64,000 nt of DNA from Acidobacteriota bacterium (lineage in GTDB: Bacteria > Acidobacteriota > Thermoanaerobaculia > Gp7-AA8): the NCBI GenBank assembly GCA_019244185.1, contig JAFATB010000023.1, positions 448,001-512,000 on the forward strand, written 5' to 3'. The position numbers and the translations under genes are program-made. Positions 19,593 through 29,101 of the stretch are shown here, piece by piece (positions within the stretch are counted from its first letter, which is position 1; every line of letters starts with the position of its first letter). Below the pieces are notes generated by a model that was not told the DNA's origin, searched no databases, and saw only the letters and a program-made list of their open reading frames with translations.

Positions 19593-20591
19593 GTGACGAA
19601 CCACCTCGAACGCTCGTTCTCGATCGGCGGCGTGCACATCGCGCAGCCGCTCGCCCTCGCGCCGATGGCCGAGGTGACGGACACGTATTACCGCTCGCTC
19701 ATCAAAGAGCTCGGCGGCGTGGGGCTCGTCGTCTCGGAGTTCATCTCCGCGGAAGGGCTGACGCGCAAGAACGACCGCAGCCATCAGATGCTCGCGTTCA
19801 ACGAGAACGAGCGGCCGGTGGCGATTCAGATCTACGGCGGCGATCCGGAGCGGATGGACGACGCGGCGGCGATCGTCGAGGCGCAGGGCGTCGACATCGT
19901 CGACGTCAACATGGGCTGCCCGGTGAAGAAGATCGTCAACAGCGGCGCGGGCTCGGCGCTGCTCAAGGACTTCGACAAAGCGGCGCGCGTGGTCGAGAAG
20001 ATCAAAGCCGCGGTGAAGATCCCGGTCACGGTGAAAGTGCGCAAGGGGTGGGAGTCGAACGACGTCATCCCGCTGCTCAAGCGCTTCGAGGACATCGGCG
20101 TCGCCGCGATCGCAATCCACGGCCGCACGCGCAGCGAGGCGTACACCGGCGCAAGCGACTGGAACTACATCGCGCGCGTGAAGAGCGAGCTCACGATTCC
20201 GGTGTGGGGCAACGGCGACGTGAAGACCGCCGCCGACGCGATCCGCATGTTCGAGACGACCGGCGTCGACGGCGTGATGATCGGCCGCGCCGCGCTGCAC
20301 AATCCATTCATCTTCCGCGACATTCACGCGTACGTGCGCGGCGAGCGGATGATCGAGAACGAAGTCGAGCGCCGCATCGACGCGATGCAGAAGTACCTCT
20401 CGAAGATCGACGCCGCGCCGCAGATCGACCGCTGGAAGCTGCACAAGGCGCGCACCGTGATCGGCTGGTTCTCGAAAGGCATCCCGCACGGCAAGGACAT
20501 CCGCATGGGACTGCAGGACATCGCCTGCGTCGCCGACGCCCAGCGGCTGCTCGAGCTCGCGCGCACGCGCATGAACGCGTACGCCGCGTGA
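19593..20591 (+). CDS. dusB: tRNA-dihydrouridine synthase
   Basis: LALAPMAEVT, DVNMGCP, VTVKVRKG, IHGRT, GNGDV, GVMIGR; GTG 19593 chosen as start. Confidence 0.9.
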   Translation: MTNHLERSFSIGGVHIAQPLALAPMAEVTDTYYRSLIKELGGVGLVVSEFISAEGLTRKNDRSHQMLAFNENERPVAIQIYGGDPERMDDAAAIVEAQGVDIVDVNMGCPVKKIVNSGAGSALLKDFDKAARVVEKIKAAVKIPVTVKVRKGWESNDVIPLLKRFEDIGVAAIAIHGRTRSEAYTGASDWNYIARVKSELTIPVWGNGDVKTAADAIRMFETTGVDGVMIGRAALHNPFIFRDIHAYVRGERMIENEVERRIDAMQKYLSKIDAAPQIDRWKLHKARTVIGWFSKGIPHGKDIRMGLQDIACVADAQRLLELARTRMNAYAA

Positions 20592-21538
20592 GCTTTCCCG
20601 AGCATCTCGATCGCATCCTGAACGCGTACGGCGTCGCGGCGGACACGAAGGCCGCGCTCTACGATCTCTATCTCTCGCTCGGCGATGAAGTGCTGGAAGT
20701 CTTCAGCGACATCGCGGAGACGTCGGCTTCCGTCGCGTCGCTGCGTCCGGAAGACACGACGACGATTCGCGCGCGCGTCGTCGAGCGCTATCTCGCGCGC
20801 AATCATCCGCGCTGGACCGCGGGCCAGCCGACCGCGAGCCTGTGGCATCCGCGCGTCGCGGAAGGTCGCGCGTCAGGCCTGGCGATTCCGCTCGGCGAGC
20901 CTCCCGAAGCCGCGCGTCGGGCGGTGGGCGAGGGGCAGTCGGTCCCCGACGGCTTCCTCATGCTCGGCCGCAACGCGCACCTCGGCGGACGCGCGGATAC
21001 GATCTCGTTCGACCTCGTGGCGACCTCGCTCGACGATGCGCTCGCGCTCGCGCGCGCCGAAGGGCAGCAGCACACGTTGCCCGGTTCCGCGGGCGAAACG
21101 AGCGGCACGTTCGACAGCCAGCGCGGTCTCGCGCTGCTGTGGGAAGTGCAGCCGAACGTCTACAAGCCCGCGGGCGAGCGCAATCGCGCCATCGCGCGGC
21201 TGTACCGGCGGCATCGCAACTGGCACCTCGCCACACTTGCATCCGCGCTCGACTGGCTCGCGCAGCAGCGCTGCACGACGTTCATCCTGCGCGGCGATGC
21301 GCTCGCGGCGACGCACGAGGTGAATCCCGAAAAGCCGCTCTCGCCGGCGATCGCCGCGCTGCACGACCGCACCGTCGAACGCGTCACGCGCGCGCTCGCG
21401 CTGACGCTCGAAGCGCCGTCGCCGCTCGACGAGCTGCAACTGCTCGATTCGGCGGTCATGAACCACGCGCTGCGGCGTCACGTTCTGCAGCACGGCGCGG
21501 CGGGCGCCGTCTGGCGCGTGATGGGAATGCCAGCTTAG
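20588..21538 (+). CDS. Hypothetical protein (316 aa), translationally coupled to dus
   Basis: GTGA overlap with the dus stop; protein-like composition from VSFPEHLDRIL onward. Confidence 0.7.
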   Translation: MSFPEHLDRILNAYGVAADTKAALYDLYLSLGDEVLEVFSDIAETSASVASLRPEDTTTIRARVVERYLARNHPRWTAGQPTASLWHPRVAEGRASGLAIPLGEPPEAARRAVGEGQSVPDGFLMLGRNAHLGGRADTISFDLVATSLDDALALARAEGQQHTLPGSAGETSGTFDSQRGLALLWEVQPNVYKPAGERNRAIARLYRRHRNWHLATLASALDWLAQQRCTTFILRGDALAATHEVNPEKPLSPAIAALHDRTVERVTRALALTLEAPSPLDELQLLDSAVMNHALRRHVLQHGAAGAVWRVMGMPA

Positions 21539-21583
21539 CCGCGCGGGAAGCGTGCGCGGCATGTTCCTGTTGCTAGCAGTTCC

Positions 21584-22948
21584 ATGACCGTTGTCGCACC
21601 CGAAAAGCCTGTCCGCCGCGTGGGGATGATCTCCCTCGGCTGCCCGAAGAATCTCGTCGATGCCGAGATCATGCTCGGGCAGTTGCAAGCGGAGTCGGAC
21701 GTCGTGCTGACGAACGACCTCGACGATGCCGACGTCGTCATCGTCAACACCTGCGGCTTCATCGATGCGGCGAAGCAGGAGTCGATCGACACGATCCTCG
21801 AGGTCGCCGAGAAAAAAGGGCGCGGCGTCGAGCGGCTCATCGTCACCGGCTGCATGGTGCAGAAGTACCGCACCGACCTGCAGCAGTCGATCCCCGAGAT
21901 CGACGCATTCGTCGGCCTCGATCACCTCGAGAAAATCACCGAAGCGGTCACCGGTGTCGTCGATGACGCGGCGCCGGTGAAGCGGAAGATGTCGGTGCGG
22001 TTGTACGAAGATCTGCCGCGCGTGCTCACGCACGGTACCGCGCACGCGTATCTCAAAGTCAGCGAAGGCTGCTCGAATCCGTGCACGTTCTGCGCGATTC
22101 CGCAGATGCGCGGCAAGTTCCGCTCGCGCAGCATCGAGTCGCTCGTGCGCGAGGCGCAACAACTCCAGGCCGCGGGCGTGCTCGAACTGAACCTCGTCGC
22201 GCAGGACACGACGCGTTACGGCGAAGACCTCGGCCACGCGCACGGGCTCACGCAACTCGTGGAGACGCTGCTGCGCGAGACCGACTTCCGCTGGATCCGT
22301 TTCCTGTACGCGTATCCCGGCTCGCTCGACTGGAGCCTCTTCGAGCTGATGGCGCGCGAGCCGCGCTTCGCGTCGTACGTCGACATCCCGCTGCAGCACG
22401 TCTCCGCGAACGTCCTCGGACGCATGCGTCGTCCCGGGTCGCCGTCGGAGTATCGCGAAATGATCGCGCGCATGCGCTCGCTCGTGCCGGACCTCACGAT
22501 CCGCACGACGTTCATCACCGGACATCCCGGCGAAACGCCGAAGGATTTCGGCGAGCTCTATGACTTCGTCGAATGGGCGCGCTTCGACAACATGGGCGCG
22601 TTCGTCTATTCAGCCGAGGACTCGACGATCGCCGCGCGCATGCCGGACGTGCCGACGCGCAAGACCGCGGAGCGCCGCCGCGCGAAGCTGATGGAACTGC
22701 AGCAGCAGATCGCGCTCTCGCGCAATGAAGCACGCGTCGGGCAGACGTACGACGCGCTCGTCACCGGCGTCTGTGAGGAGACCGAGCATCTGCTCGAAGG
22801 CCGCATCATCGGCCAGGCGCCGGAGATCGACGGCCGGCTGCTGATCAACGACGGCATCGATCGCCTGCCGAAGTCGCTGCCGGCGTTCGCGCGCATCGAG
22901 ATCACCGACGCGCATCCGTACGATCTCGTCGGCGCCGTCGTCGCGTAA
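21584..22948 (+). CDS. rimO: Ribosomal protein S12 methylthiotransferase RimO
   Basis: ISLGCPKNLVD, NTCGFID, radical SAM EGCSNPCTFC, APEIDG TRAM domain. Confidence 0.96.
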   Translation: MTVVAPEKPVRRVGMISLGCPKNLVDAEIMLGQLQAESDVVLTNDLDDADVVIVNTCGFIDAAKQESIDTILEVAEKKGRGVERLIVTGCMVQKYRTDLQQSIPEIDAFVGLDHLEKITEAVTGVVDDAAPVKRKMSVRLYEDLPRVLTHGTAHAYLKVSEGCSNPCTFCAIPQMRGKFRSRSIESLVREAQQLQAAGVLELNLVAQDTTRYGEDLGHAHGLTQLVETLLRETDFRWIRFLYAYPGSLDWSLFELMAREPRFASYVDIPLQHVSANVLGRMRRPGSPSEYREMIARMRSLVPDLTIRTTFITGHPGETPKDFGELYDFVEWARFDNMGAFVYSAEDSTIAARMPDVPTRKTAERRRAKLMELQQQIALSRNEARVGQTYDALVTGVCEETEHLLEGRIIGQAPEIDGRLLINDGIDRLPKSLPAFARIEITDAHPYDLVGAVVA

Positions 22949-22963
22949 CGCGTCGCCTGCCTC

Positions 22964-24757
22964 CTAGGGAACGGACGGCGGTTCGACGCACGGCAGCACG
23001 TGCGCGGCACGTCCGCCGGCCTGCACACCGACGAGGGCACCGAGCGTCGGCGCGAGATCGATCGGCGACGCGTCGCCGTCGTAGCGTCCCGGCTTGATGC
23101 CCGCGCCCCACAACAGCAGCGGCACGTGCAGATCGTTTTCGACCGGCTGCCCGTGCGTGGTGCTGTTGACGCCCCAGGTCCAGATCCAGCCCGGGCGCAG
23201 CGCCATGAGTACGTCGCCGCTGCGGTCGCTGCGATACGACGCGCGCATGAACTGCTCGGCCTGCGTGGCGTTCGCGCGCGGCTCCAGCAGGTCGGTGCTC
23301 GTCCACGCGTCGGCGATGCCGATGTCGCTCATCGCGCGCACGGCATCGCGCACGATGCGTTTGACGCGATCGTGGTCGAGGCCGAGCGCGTCGATGCGAC
23401 GCCAGTTCAGATATAGCGACGGCTCTTCGAAGAAGTAGACGAACGCGTCGGTGAGCGGCGTCTGCTCGTCGATGCGAATGCCGAGCTTCTGCGCGACGGC
23501 GCGCTCGATGGCCACGCGCGCGGGCGGCAGGTCGCCGAGGACGCGCGCCTTCGGATCGGCGTTGCGCAGATCGGTGCGTCCGACGTCGGCGTTCGGATCG
23601 CGCAGCTTCACGATCTCCGGAGTCGACTGCACGCCGTGATCGGCGGTGAGCGCGACGACGACACGATCGCCGAAGCGGCGTTCGAGCGCGTCGAGGAAAT
23701 CGGCGAGCGCGCGGTCGAGCCGCACCATGCTGTCGGCGACTTCCATCGAGTCGGGGCCGTAGTAGTGGCCGAGGTAATCGGTCGAGGAGACGCCGACGAA
23801 GAGCACGTCGGGCGCGTCGGCGTGCGTCCCGAGCTGTTCCGTCGTCAGCACGTGCAACGCGAAGTCGAGCAGCATCTGATGCGCGAACGGCGTGTACGTG
23901 AACGCGCGGATGTCTTTCGCGGGATGCGGGAACGTGCCGCCGTAGCGCGTGTTCTTCAGCGGCCACGCGGCGGGCGGATCGAACGTCGCGCGCTCGAGCT
24001 CCGCGGGCGGAATCGACGGCAGCAGGCGCCACTCCTGCGACGCGGGGAGGTAGCCGGGAATGCTCGCGTTGAACGAGAAGACCGCCGGATCGTAGTGGTA
24101 ATACGTCGATGAGATGAACGCGGGCAGCTTCCAGTCGAACCAGTACGCGGCGTCGGCGCGGCGTCCGCCCATCAGGATCGCGGCGCGATCTTTCAGCGCG
24201 ACGGACATCACGCGCGCGGTCGGATACCGGTTTTTCACGCGATCGCCGAAGCCATCCTCGGAGAGCGACGCCGGCGACATGCCGTCCGTCGCGCCGGCGG
24301 TCGGCTTCACGTGCGCGTCGTAGACGCAGTAGCGCGGCGAGCCGCCGTTCTTCCACCACCAGTCGCCCTCGTAGGTGAACGGTGTCAACCTGATGGTGGG
24401 CGGACGCCACGGCGTGGTGTCGTCGAAATACCACTCCCACTTGCGCGGGTCGATCGGCGCGTCGCGCTCGAACCACGTGTTGCCGATGATGCCGTTCTCC
24501 GTCGGCAGGCGTCCGCTGCCGATGGCCGCGTGTCCCGGTCCGGTGAACGTGACGGCGTGGCGATAGCGCGCATTCGTGAACACCGCGCCGTTGCGCGTGA
24601 AGCGCGCGAAGCCGCGCGTCGTGAACCACGGCGCGAAGCGGTCGACGTAATCGAAGCGCTGCTGATCGACGGAGATGACGACGATGAGGCTCGGCCGCTC
24701 GGCGGCGTACGCCGCGAGCGACGCGAAGAATGCGAGGATGGCGACGAGGCGGCGCAC
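22964..24757 (-). CDS. Alkaline phosphatase superfamily (PafA/nucleotide pyrophosphatase-like)
   Basis: ISVDQ, TFTGPGHA (Thr nucleophile), KDRAAI, DYLGHYYGP, LTADHG, THG. Confidence 0.9.
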   Translation of the reverse strand: MRRLVAILAFFASLAAYAAERPSLIVVISVDQQRFDYVDRFAPWFTTRGFARFTRNGAVFTNARYRHAVTFTGPGHAAIGSGRLPTENGIIGNTWFERDAPIDPRKWEWYFDDTTPWRPPTIRLTPFTYEGDWWWKNGGSPRYCVYDAHVKPTAGATDGMSPASLSEDGFGDRVKNRYPTARVMSVALKDRAAILMGGRRADAAYWFDWKLPAFISSTYYHYDPAVFSFNASIPGYLPASQEWRLLPSIPPAELERATFDPPAAWPLKNTRYGGTFPHPAKDIRAFTYTPFAHQMLLDFALHVLTTEQLGTHADAPDVLFVGVSSTDYLGHYYGPDSMEVADSMVRLDRALADFLDALERRFGDRVVVALTADHGVQSTPEIVKLRDPNADVGRTDLRNADPKARVLGDLPPARVAIERAVAQKLGIRIDEQTPLTDAFVYFFEEPSLYLNWRRIDALGLDHDRVKRIVRDAVRAMSDIGIADAWTSTDLLEPRANATQAEQFMRASYRSDRSGDVLMALRPGWIWTWGVNSTTHGQPVENDLHVPLLLWGAGIKPGRYDGDASPIDLAPTLGALVGVQAGGRAAHVLPCVEPPSVP

Positions 24758-24758
24758 G

Positions 24759-25673
24759 CTATTTCCTGAGCGCGTTCACCTTCGTCTGCAGTTGCGCGCA
24801 CGGATTGTCGCCGCCCTGGAACGCGCGCTCCCACGAGCCGTAAATCGGATTGGGGATGATGATCCAGCGCGTGCCCCAGCGGTCGCGCGTGTTCTGGATG
24901 ATGGCGTCGCGCTCGGCCGCGGATTTCTCGCGCGCGTTGGTGAAGTCGTTGAGATCGTCGCCGAGGAGCAGCAGCACGCGATGCGTCGACGCGACGAACG
25001 CGCGGCGCGAGGTCTTGTCGGACGTCCACTCCTTGCGTTCCTCGCGCATGAGCAGCGTGTCCTCGGTGTCGCTCAGCGGGAAGCCGAGCGTCTCGAGATT
25101 GCGGCGCACGTTCGCTTCTTCTTTTTCGAGGCGGTTCGTGACGTAGTACGGCGTCACGCCGCGGCTCTTCGCATAGTTGAGAAACTCGGCGGCGCCGGGG
25201 ATCGCGCGCGCGGCGCTCTCACCCGACCACGTCGCCCACGTCGCATCGAACGTCTTCGGGTCGTAGTCGGCGCCCTGTTCGATGAGACGCGCTTCGAACG
25301 CGGTGTTGTCGATCGCGGTCTCGTCGAGATCGAGCACGATCACCGGCGGCTGCGACGGATCGTCGTTCTTCTCCTCGTCGGCGCCGGTCCACGACTTGTC
25401 GGCGAGCGCCGCGTCGAGCGCGCGGCGCGCGGCGGCGTAGGCCTGCAGCGCGGAGGCGCGGTATTCGGCCGACTGCTGCACCCACAGCGTCGAGCTGAGG
25501 ATCGCGTTCACGGTGTTGCACGGCACGGTGGCCGTCGATGCGGTGGACGTCGACGACGATGATGCCGTCGTCACCGCGGCCATCGGAACGTCGTTCGCGT
25601 CGGCCGTCGGCATGGTGGTGTGCGCGCAGGAAACAGCGAACAGGAAGGCGAGAGCGAAGGTCAGTTTGCGCAT
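24759..25673 (-). CDS. Lipoprotein 5'-nucleotidase / acid phosphatase, e(P4) family (HAD)
   Basis: Lipobox AVSC; DLDETAIDN, YVTNR, GDDLNDF, PNPIYGSWE. Confidence 0.92.
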   Translation of the reverse strand: MRKLTFALAFLFAVSCAHTTMPTADANDVPMAAVTTASSSSTSTASTATVPCNTVNAILSSTLWVQQSAEYRASALQAYAAARRALDAALADKSWTGADEEKNDDPSQPPVIVLDLDETAIDNTAFEARLIEQGADYDPKTFDATWATWSGESAARAIPGAAEFLNYAKSRGVTPYYVTNRLEKEEANVRRNLETLGFPLSDTEDTLLMREERKEWTSDKTSRRAFVASTHRVLLLLGDDLNDFTNAREKSAAERDAIIQNTRDRWGTRWIIIPNPIYGSWERAFQGGDNPCAQLQTKVNALRK

Positions 25674-25721
25674 CGAAGAGCCGCCCCCTCACGGCGGCGG
25701 GATCATCGCACGCGGCGGTAC

Positions 25722-25760
25722 AAAGAAAAAGGCCGCCTGTCGCCAGGCGGCCTTTTCTTT
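25722..25760. terminator. Intrinsic terminator after the TonB-dependent receptor (bidirectional form)
   Basis: aaagaaaaaggccgcctg-tcgc-caggcggccttttcttt. Confidence 0.85.
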
Positions 25761-25779
25761 ACAGCGGATTGATGCGGAA

Positions 25780-28700
25780 TTAGAAGGTGATGCGGAGTCC
25801 GAGGCGACCCTGCCAGCGCGACTGAAGGTTCGCGGTGGAGTACTGGTTGCCCGGGGTGAGGCGGCCGGCGGCGGCTTCGCGGTAGACCGGAAGTCCGGAC
25901 GTCGGATCCTGACCCGAGTAGATCACCGGCTGATACGTGTTGTTGAGGACGAACTTCTCCACGCCGGCGTTGTCATCGAAGAGGTTCAGCAGGTTGAGGA
26001 TGTCGGCCTCGATCGACACGCGCGTGCCGAAGATCTGCGGCAGGCCGAGGGCGTAGTGGAAGTCCAGGCGGCGCGTCCACGGCTGCGACAGCGTGTCGCG
26101 CTTCGGCGTCTGGCCGGTGCCCGGCTCGTAGCCGACGGACTGGAGGAAGTTGTTGAAGAGCGACTTGTCGAGGGCGGTCGTCGTGTTGCCGTTCGACAGG
26201 CGGCACGGCGCGGTCGCATTCGGCGCGCTGGTGGCGTTGGACGGGCAGAGGATGAGGTTCTGCGGGATGAAAAGCAGGTCGTTGTTCGACGAGCCGTCGC
26301 GGTTCGGATCGCCGCCGAGGAGCAGCGAATACGGCTGGCCGGCCTGCGCCACGTAGAAGAGGCCGAAGTTGTGGGTGAAGGGGCCGGTGGCGAGGTCGTA
26401 CGACGCGCCGATGTTGAAGCGGTGCTCGATCTGGAAGACCGACGTCGTCAGCTCGGGCGTGAAGATGTCGCCGCGGGTGATGTAGCCGAACTGCCAGTTG
26501 GAGCTCGCGGTGCTCGAGGTCGGATCGCCGATCGACTCGGCTTTCTGGTGCGCGTAGGAACCGGTGAGCTCGAGGTGGCCGAGGCGCTTCTCGAGCTGCA
26601 GCGATTCGGTCAGCTCGTGACCTTCGGTCGAGTTCGTGAGGAAGTAGGCCTGGCCGATCTGCGTGCTGACCGACGCGTACGTCGGGCGGCCGTCGAGCGG
26701 GCTGGTGCCCACCTGATGCTTGTTGACGTTCTGGTAGAAGACGTCTTCCTGGCTCTTGGAGTAGAGCACTTCGGCGCTGGCGCGCACGCCCCAGAACAGC
26801 TCGCGGTCATAACCGAGAGTCGCGCGGAGCACGCGCGGGAAGCGGAAGTCGGAGTCGGAGAGCGAGATGTCCGGCACGGCGCCCGCGCCGAGGTTGCGCG
26901 GCTGCGTGTCCGGGTTGGGGTTGAACGTCGGGGGCGTGCAAGCGGGAGCGACGCAGCCGAGAGCGACCGTCTCGACGCCGGTGCCGCCGTAGTTGTTGGA
27001 GATCCAGACGAACGGCGTGCGGCCCTGGAAGACGCCGACGCCGCCGCGGAGCTGCTGCTTGCCCGCGCCGCCGATGTCCCAGTTGAAGCCGACGCGCGGC
27101 TCCCACGTGATCGACTCGCTCGGGATGTCGGAGGTCGAGAAGCCGATCGCGGACTGCACGGTCGGGTTGAAGGACGGCGTGGTGTCGAAGCGCGGCTTGT
27201 CGGCGCGCAGGCCCATCGTCAGCGTGACGTTGTGCGGGAGGTGCCACTGGTCATTGACGTAGAGGCTGTACTGCGCGGCCTTGAACTCCGTCGCGCGGCG
27301 CGGATCGTTGCCGGTGGCGAAGCCGATGCGGTAGATGTCCGGCGTGCCGGCCTGCAGCGCGGCGAAGTCGCGGAAGTGGTAGTAGCCGTAGAAGTCCGCA
27401 ATGAAGAGGTTCGCGAACTTGAACATCTCGTTGTGCGTGCCGACGATGATGTTGTGGTTGCCGTGCACCCACGTGAAGTCGTCGGTCACTTCGAGGATGT
27501 CCTGGTCGAGCGCGTTGGCGCCGGAGAAGCGCTCGATGCCGGCCTGGATCGTACCGGTGCGCTCGCCGCCGCCGATCTCGATGGTGGGGAAGATCGAGCC
27601 CGGGGTCTCGCGGTGCTCGCGGATGGTCTGGAAGCCGACGCGGCCTTCATTGAACATGTTCGCGCCGAAGACGCTGTTCAGCTGCGCGACCGTCGAGTTG
27701 GTCTTGCTGGGGAAGAGGTAGATGTTGTTCGGGTAGTAGAAACGCGTGGTGCTGCGGACGAAGCTCGACGGCGCGTTGCCGTTCGTGGCGTCGACGTAGT
27801 TGTGACGGAGCGTGAGGTTCTCGGACGAGCTGAGGTTCGCGTCGAGGCGGCCGAAGAGCAGCTTGCTCTCGGTGCCGAACACGAGATCGCCCAGTGGGCC
27901 CGGATCGTAGTTGTAGGTGGTGCGGAGGAAGTTCGCGACGTCCGCGGCGCTCGGCGTGCCGGTGTAGATGGTGCCCGTCGAGGTGTCGGCGGACGTGCCG
28001 TTCGGATCGTTGCGCTTGTTCGATTCGCCGCTGAGGAAGAAGAACAGACGGTCCTTGATGATCGGACCGCCGATGCGGCCACCGTACTGCGTCTGGTCGA
28101 ACTCGCCGATCTTCGTGCCGCTGGGACCTTTGCCGACGTAGTCGGGATTGCGCTTCGTGCCGAAGACCGAGCCTTCGAAGTCGTTCGTTCCGGAGCGGGT
28201 GACGGCGTTCACGCCGCCGCCGGTGAAGCCGCTCTGGCGGACGTCGTACGGCGAGATGAGGAGCTGGATCTGCGAGATGGCGTCGAGCGAGATCGGCTGC
28301 GTGCCCGAGCCGCCGCCCGGCGTGCCGGAGGAGGAGAGACCGAACAGGTCGTTGTTGACGGCGCCGTCGATCTGGATGTTGTTGTAGCGGTTGTTGCGGC
28401 CCGCGACGAACATGAACGTGCCGTCGCCGGTGAGGCTGCTGACGAAGTACGGATTCGTGCGTGCGAAGTCCTGGATCTGGCGGTTGACGGTCGGCAGGGT
28501 CTCGAGCTGCTGCGTCGAGACTTCCGAGGTCGAGCCGGTGCGGTTCGGGTTGATCACGTCATCGGCGCTGGCCGTGACGGTGATCGCCTCGCTCACCGCG
28601 TTGAGGCGGAGATTGACGTCGAGGTCCGCGGTCTCGCCGAGCGCGACCTGCACGTTGTTCACGTCGAAGGGCTTGAAGCCTTCGAGGTTCGCGGTGACGT

Positions 28701-28941
28701 GGTACGGACCGCCGACGCGCACGTTCGGGATGGTGAAGCGGCCATTCGCGCCGCTCACTGCCTGATAGTGCGTGTTGGTCGGAGTATGGACGGCTTCGAC
28801 GGTCACGCCCGGAAGCGCGGCGCCGTCTGCGCCTGTGACCGTGCCGGCGATGTTGCCGGTCGTGGTCTGTGCCTGCATCATCGGCGCGAACGCCAATAAC
28901 GCCACGGCAATCAACAACAACAATCGGTGGGGAATACGCAT
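25780..28941 (-). CDS. Oar-like TonB-dependent receptor with carboxypeptidase-regulatory-like N-domain
   Basis: GGAGG RBS; signal peptide; GAALPGVTV, YNNIQIDGA, FTGGGVNAVTRSGTN, C-terminal LGLRITF. Confidence 0.92.
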   Translation of the reverse strand: MRIPHRLLLLIAVALLAFAPMMQAQTTTGNIAGTVTGADGAALPGVTVEAVHTPTNTHYQAVSGANGRFTIPNVRVGGPYHVTANLEGFKPFDVNNVQVALGETADLDVNLRLNAVSEAITVTASADDVINPNRTGSTSEVSTQQLETLPTVNRQIQDFARTNPYFVSSLTGDGTFMFVAGRNNRYNNIQIDGAVNNDLFGLSSSGTPGGGSGTQPISLDAISQIQLLISPYDVRQSGFTGGGVNAVTRSGTNDFEGSVFGTKRNPDYVGKGPSGTKIGEFDQTQYGGRIGGPIIKDRLFFFLSGESNKRNDPNGTSADTSTGTIYTGTPSAADVANFLRTTYNYDPGPLGDLVFGTESKLLFGRLDANLSSSENLTLRHNYVDATNGNAPSSFVRSTTRFYYPNNIYLFPSKTNSTVAQLNSVFGANMFNEGRVGFQTIREHRETPGSIFPTIEIGGGERTGTIQAGIERFSGANALDQDILEVTDDFTWVHGNHNIIVGTHNEMFKFANLFIADFYGYYHFRDFAALQAGTPDIYRIGFATGNDPRRATEFKAAQYSLYVNDQWHLPHNVTLTMGLRADKPRFDTTPSFNPTVQSAIGFSTSDIPSESITWEPRVGFNWDIGGAGKQQLRGGVGVFQGRTPFVWISNNYGGTGVETVALGCVAPACTPPTFNPNPDTQPRNLGAGAVPDISLSDSDFRFPRVLRATLGYDRELFWGVRASAEVLYSKSQEDVFYQNVNKHQVGTSPLDGRPTYASVSTQIGQAYFLTNSTEGHELTESLQLEKRLGHLELTGSYAHQKAESIGDPTSSTASSNWQFGYITRGDIFTPELTTSVFQIEHRFNIGASYDLATGPFTHNFGLFYVAQAGQPYSLLLGGDPNRDGSSNNDLLFIPQNLILCPSNATSAPNATAPCRLSNGNTTTALDKSLFNNFLQSVGYEPGTGQTPKRDTLSQPWTRRLDFHYALGLPQIFGTRVSIEADILNLLNLFDDNAGVEKFVLNNTYQPVIYSGQDPTSGLPVYREAAAGRLTPGNQYSTANLQSRWQGRLGLRITF

Positions 28942-29032
28942 GAATCCTCCTGATTTGCTGAACGCGGACATGGACGCGCGCCGTCGGACGAACGGCGCGC
29001 TGAACGAAACCTGATTTTGGTCGGACAGTTTA

Positions 29033-29050
29033 GATCAGTCGGCACTGATC
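29033..29050. promoter_or_regulatory. Inverted repeat, possible operator upstream of the TBDR
   Basis: GATCAGT-cggc-ACTGATC in an AT-richer intergenic region. Confidence 0.35.
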
Positions 29051-29065
29051 GAGTAAAGATCGTGC

Positions 29066-29101
29066 AAAAAAAAGCGTTCCTCAGAAGCTCTTGAGGAACG
29101 C
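29066..29101 (-). terminator. Intrinsic terminator overlapping the rho stop codon
   Basis: Minus strand gcgttcctca-agagcttc-tgaggaacgc followed by T8. Confidence 0.75.

Noticed and set aside
29052-29068. Sigma54 promoter upstream of the TBDR (TTGCAC-N5-TTAC)
   Set aside because: Both invariant GG and GC dinucleotides are missing.
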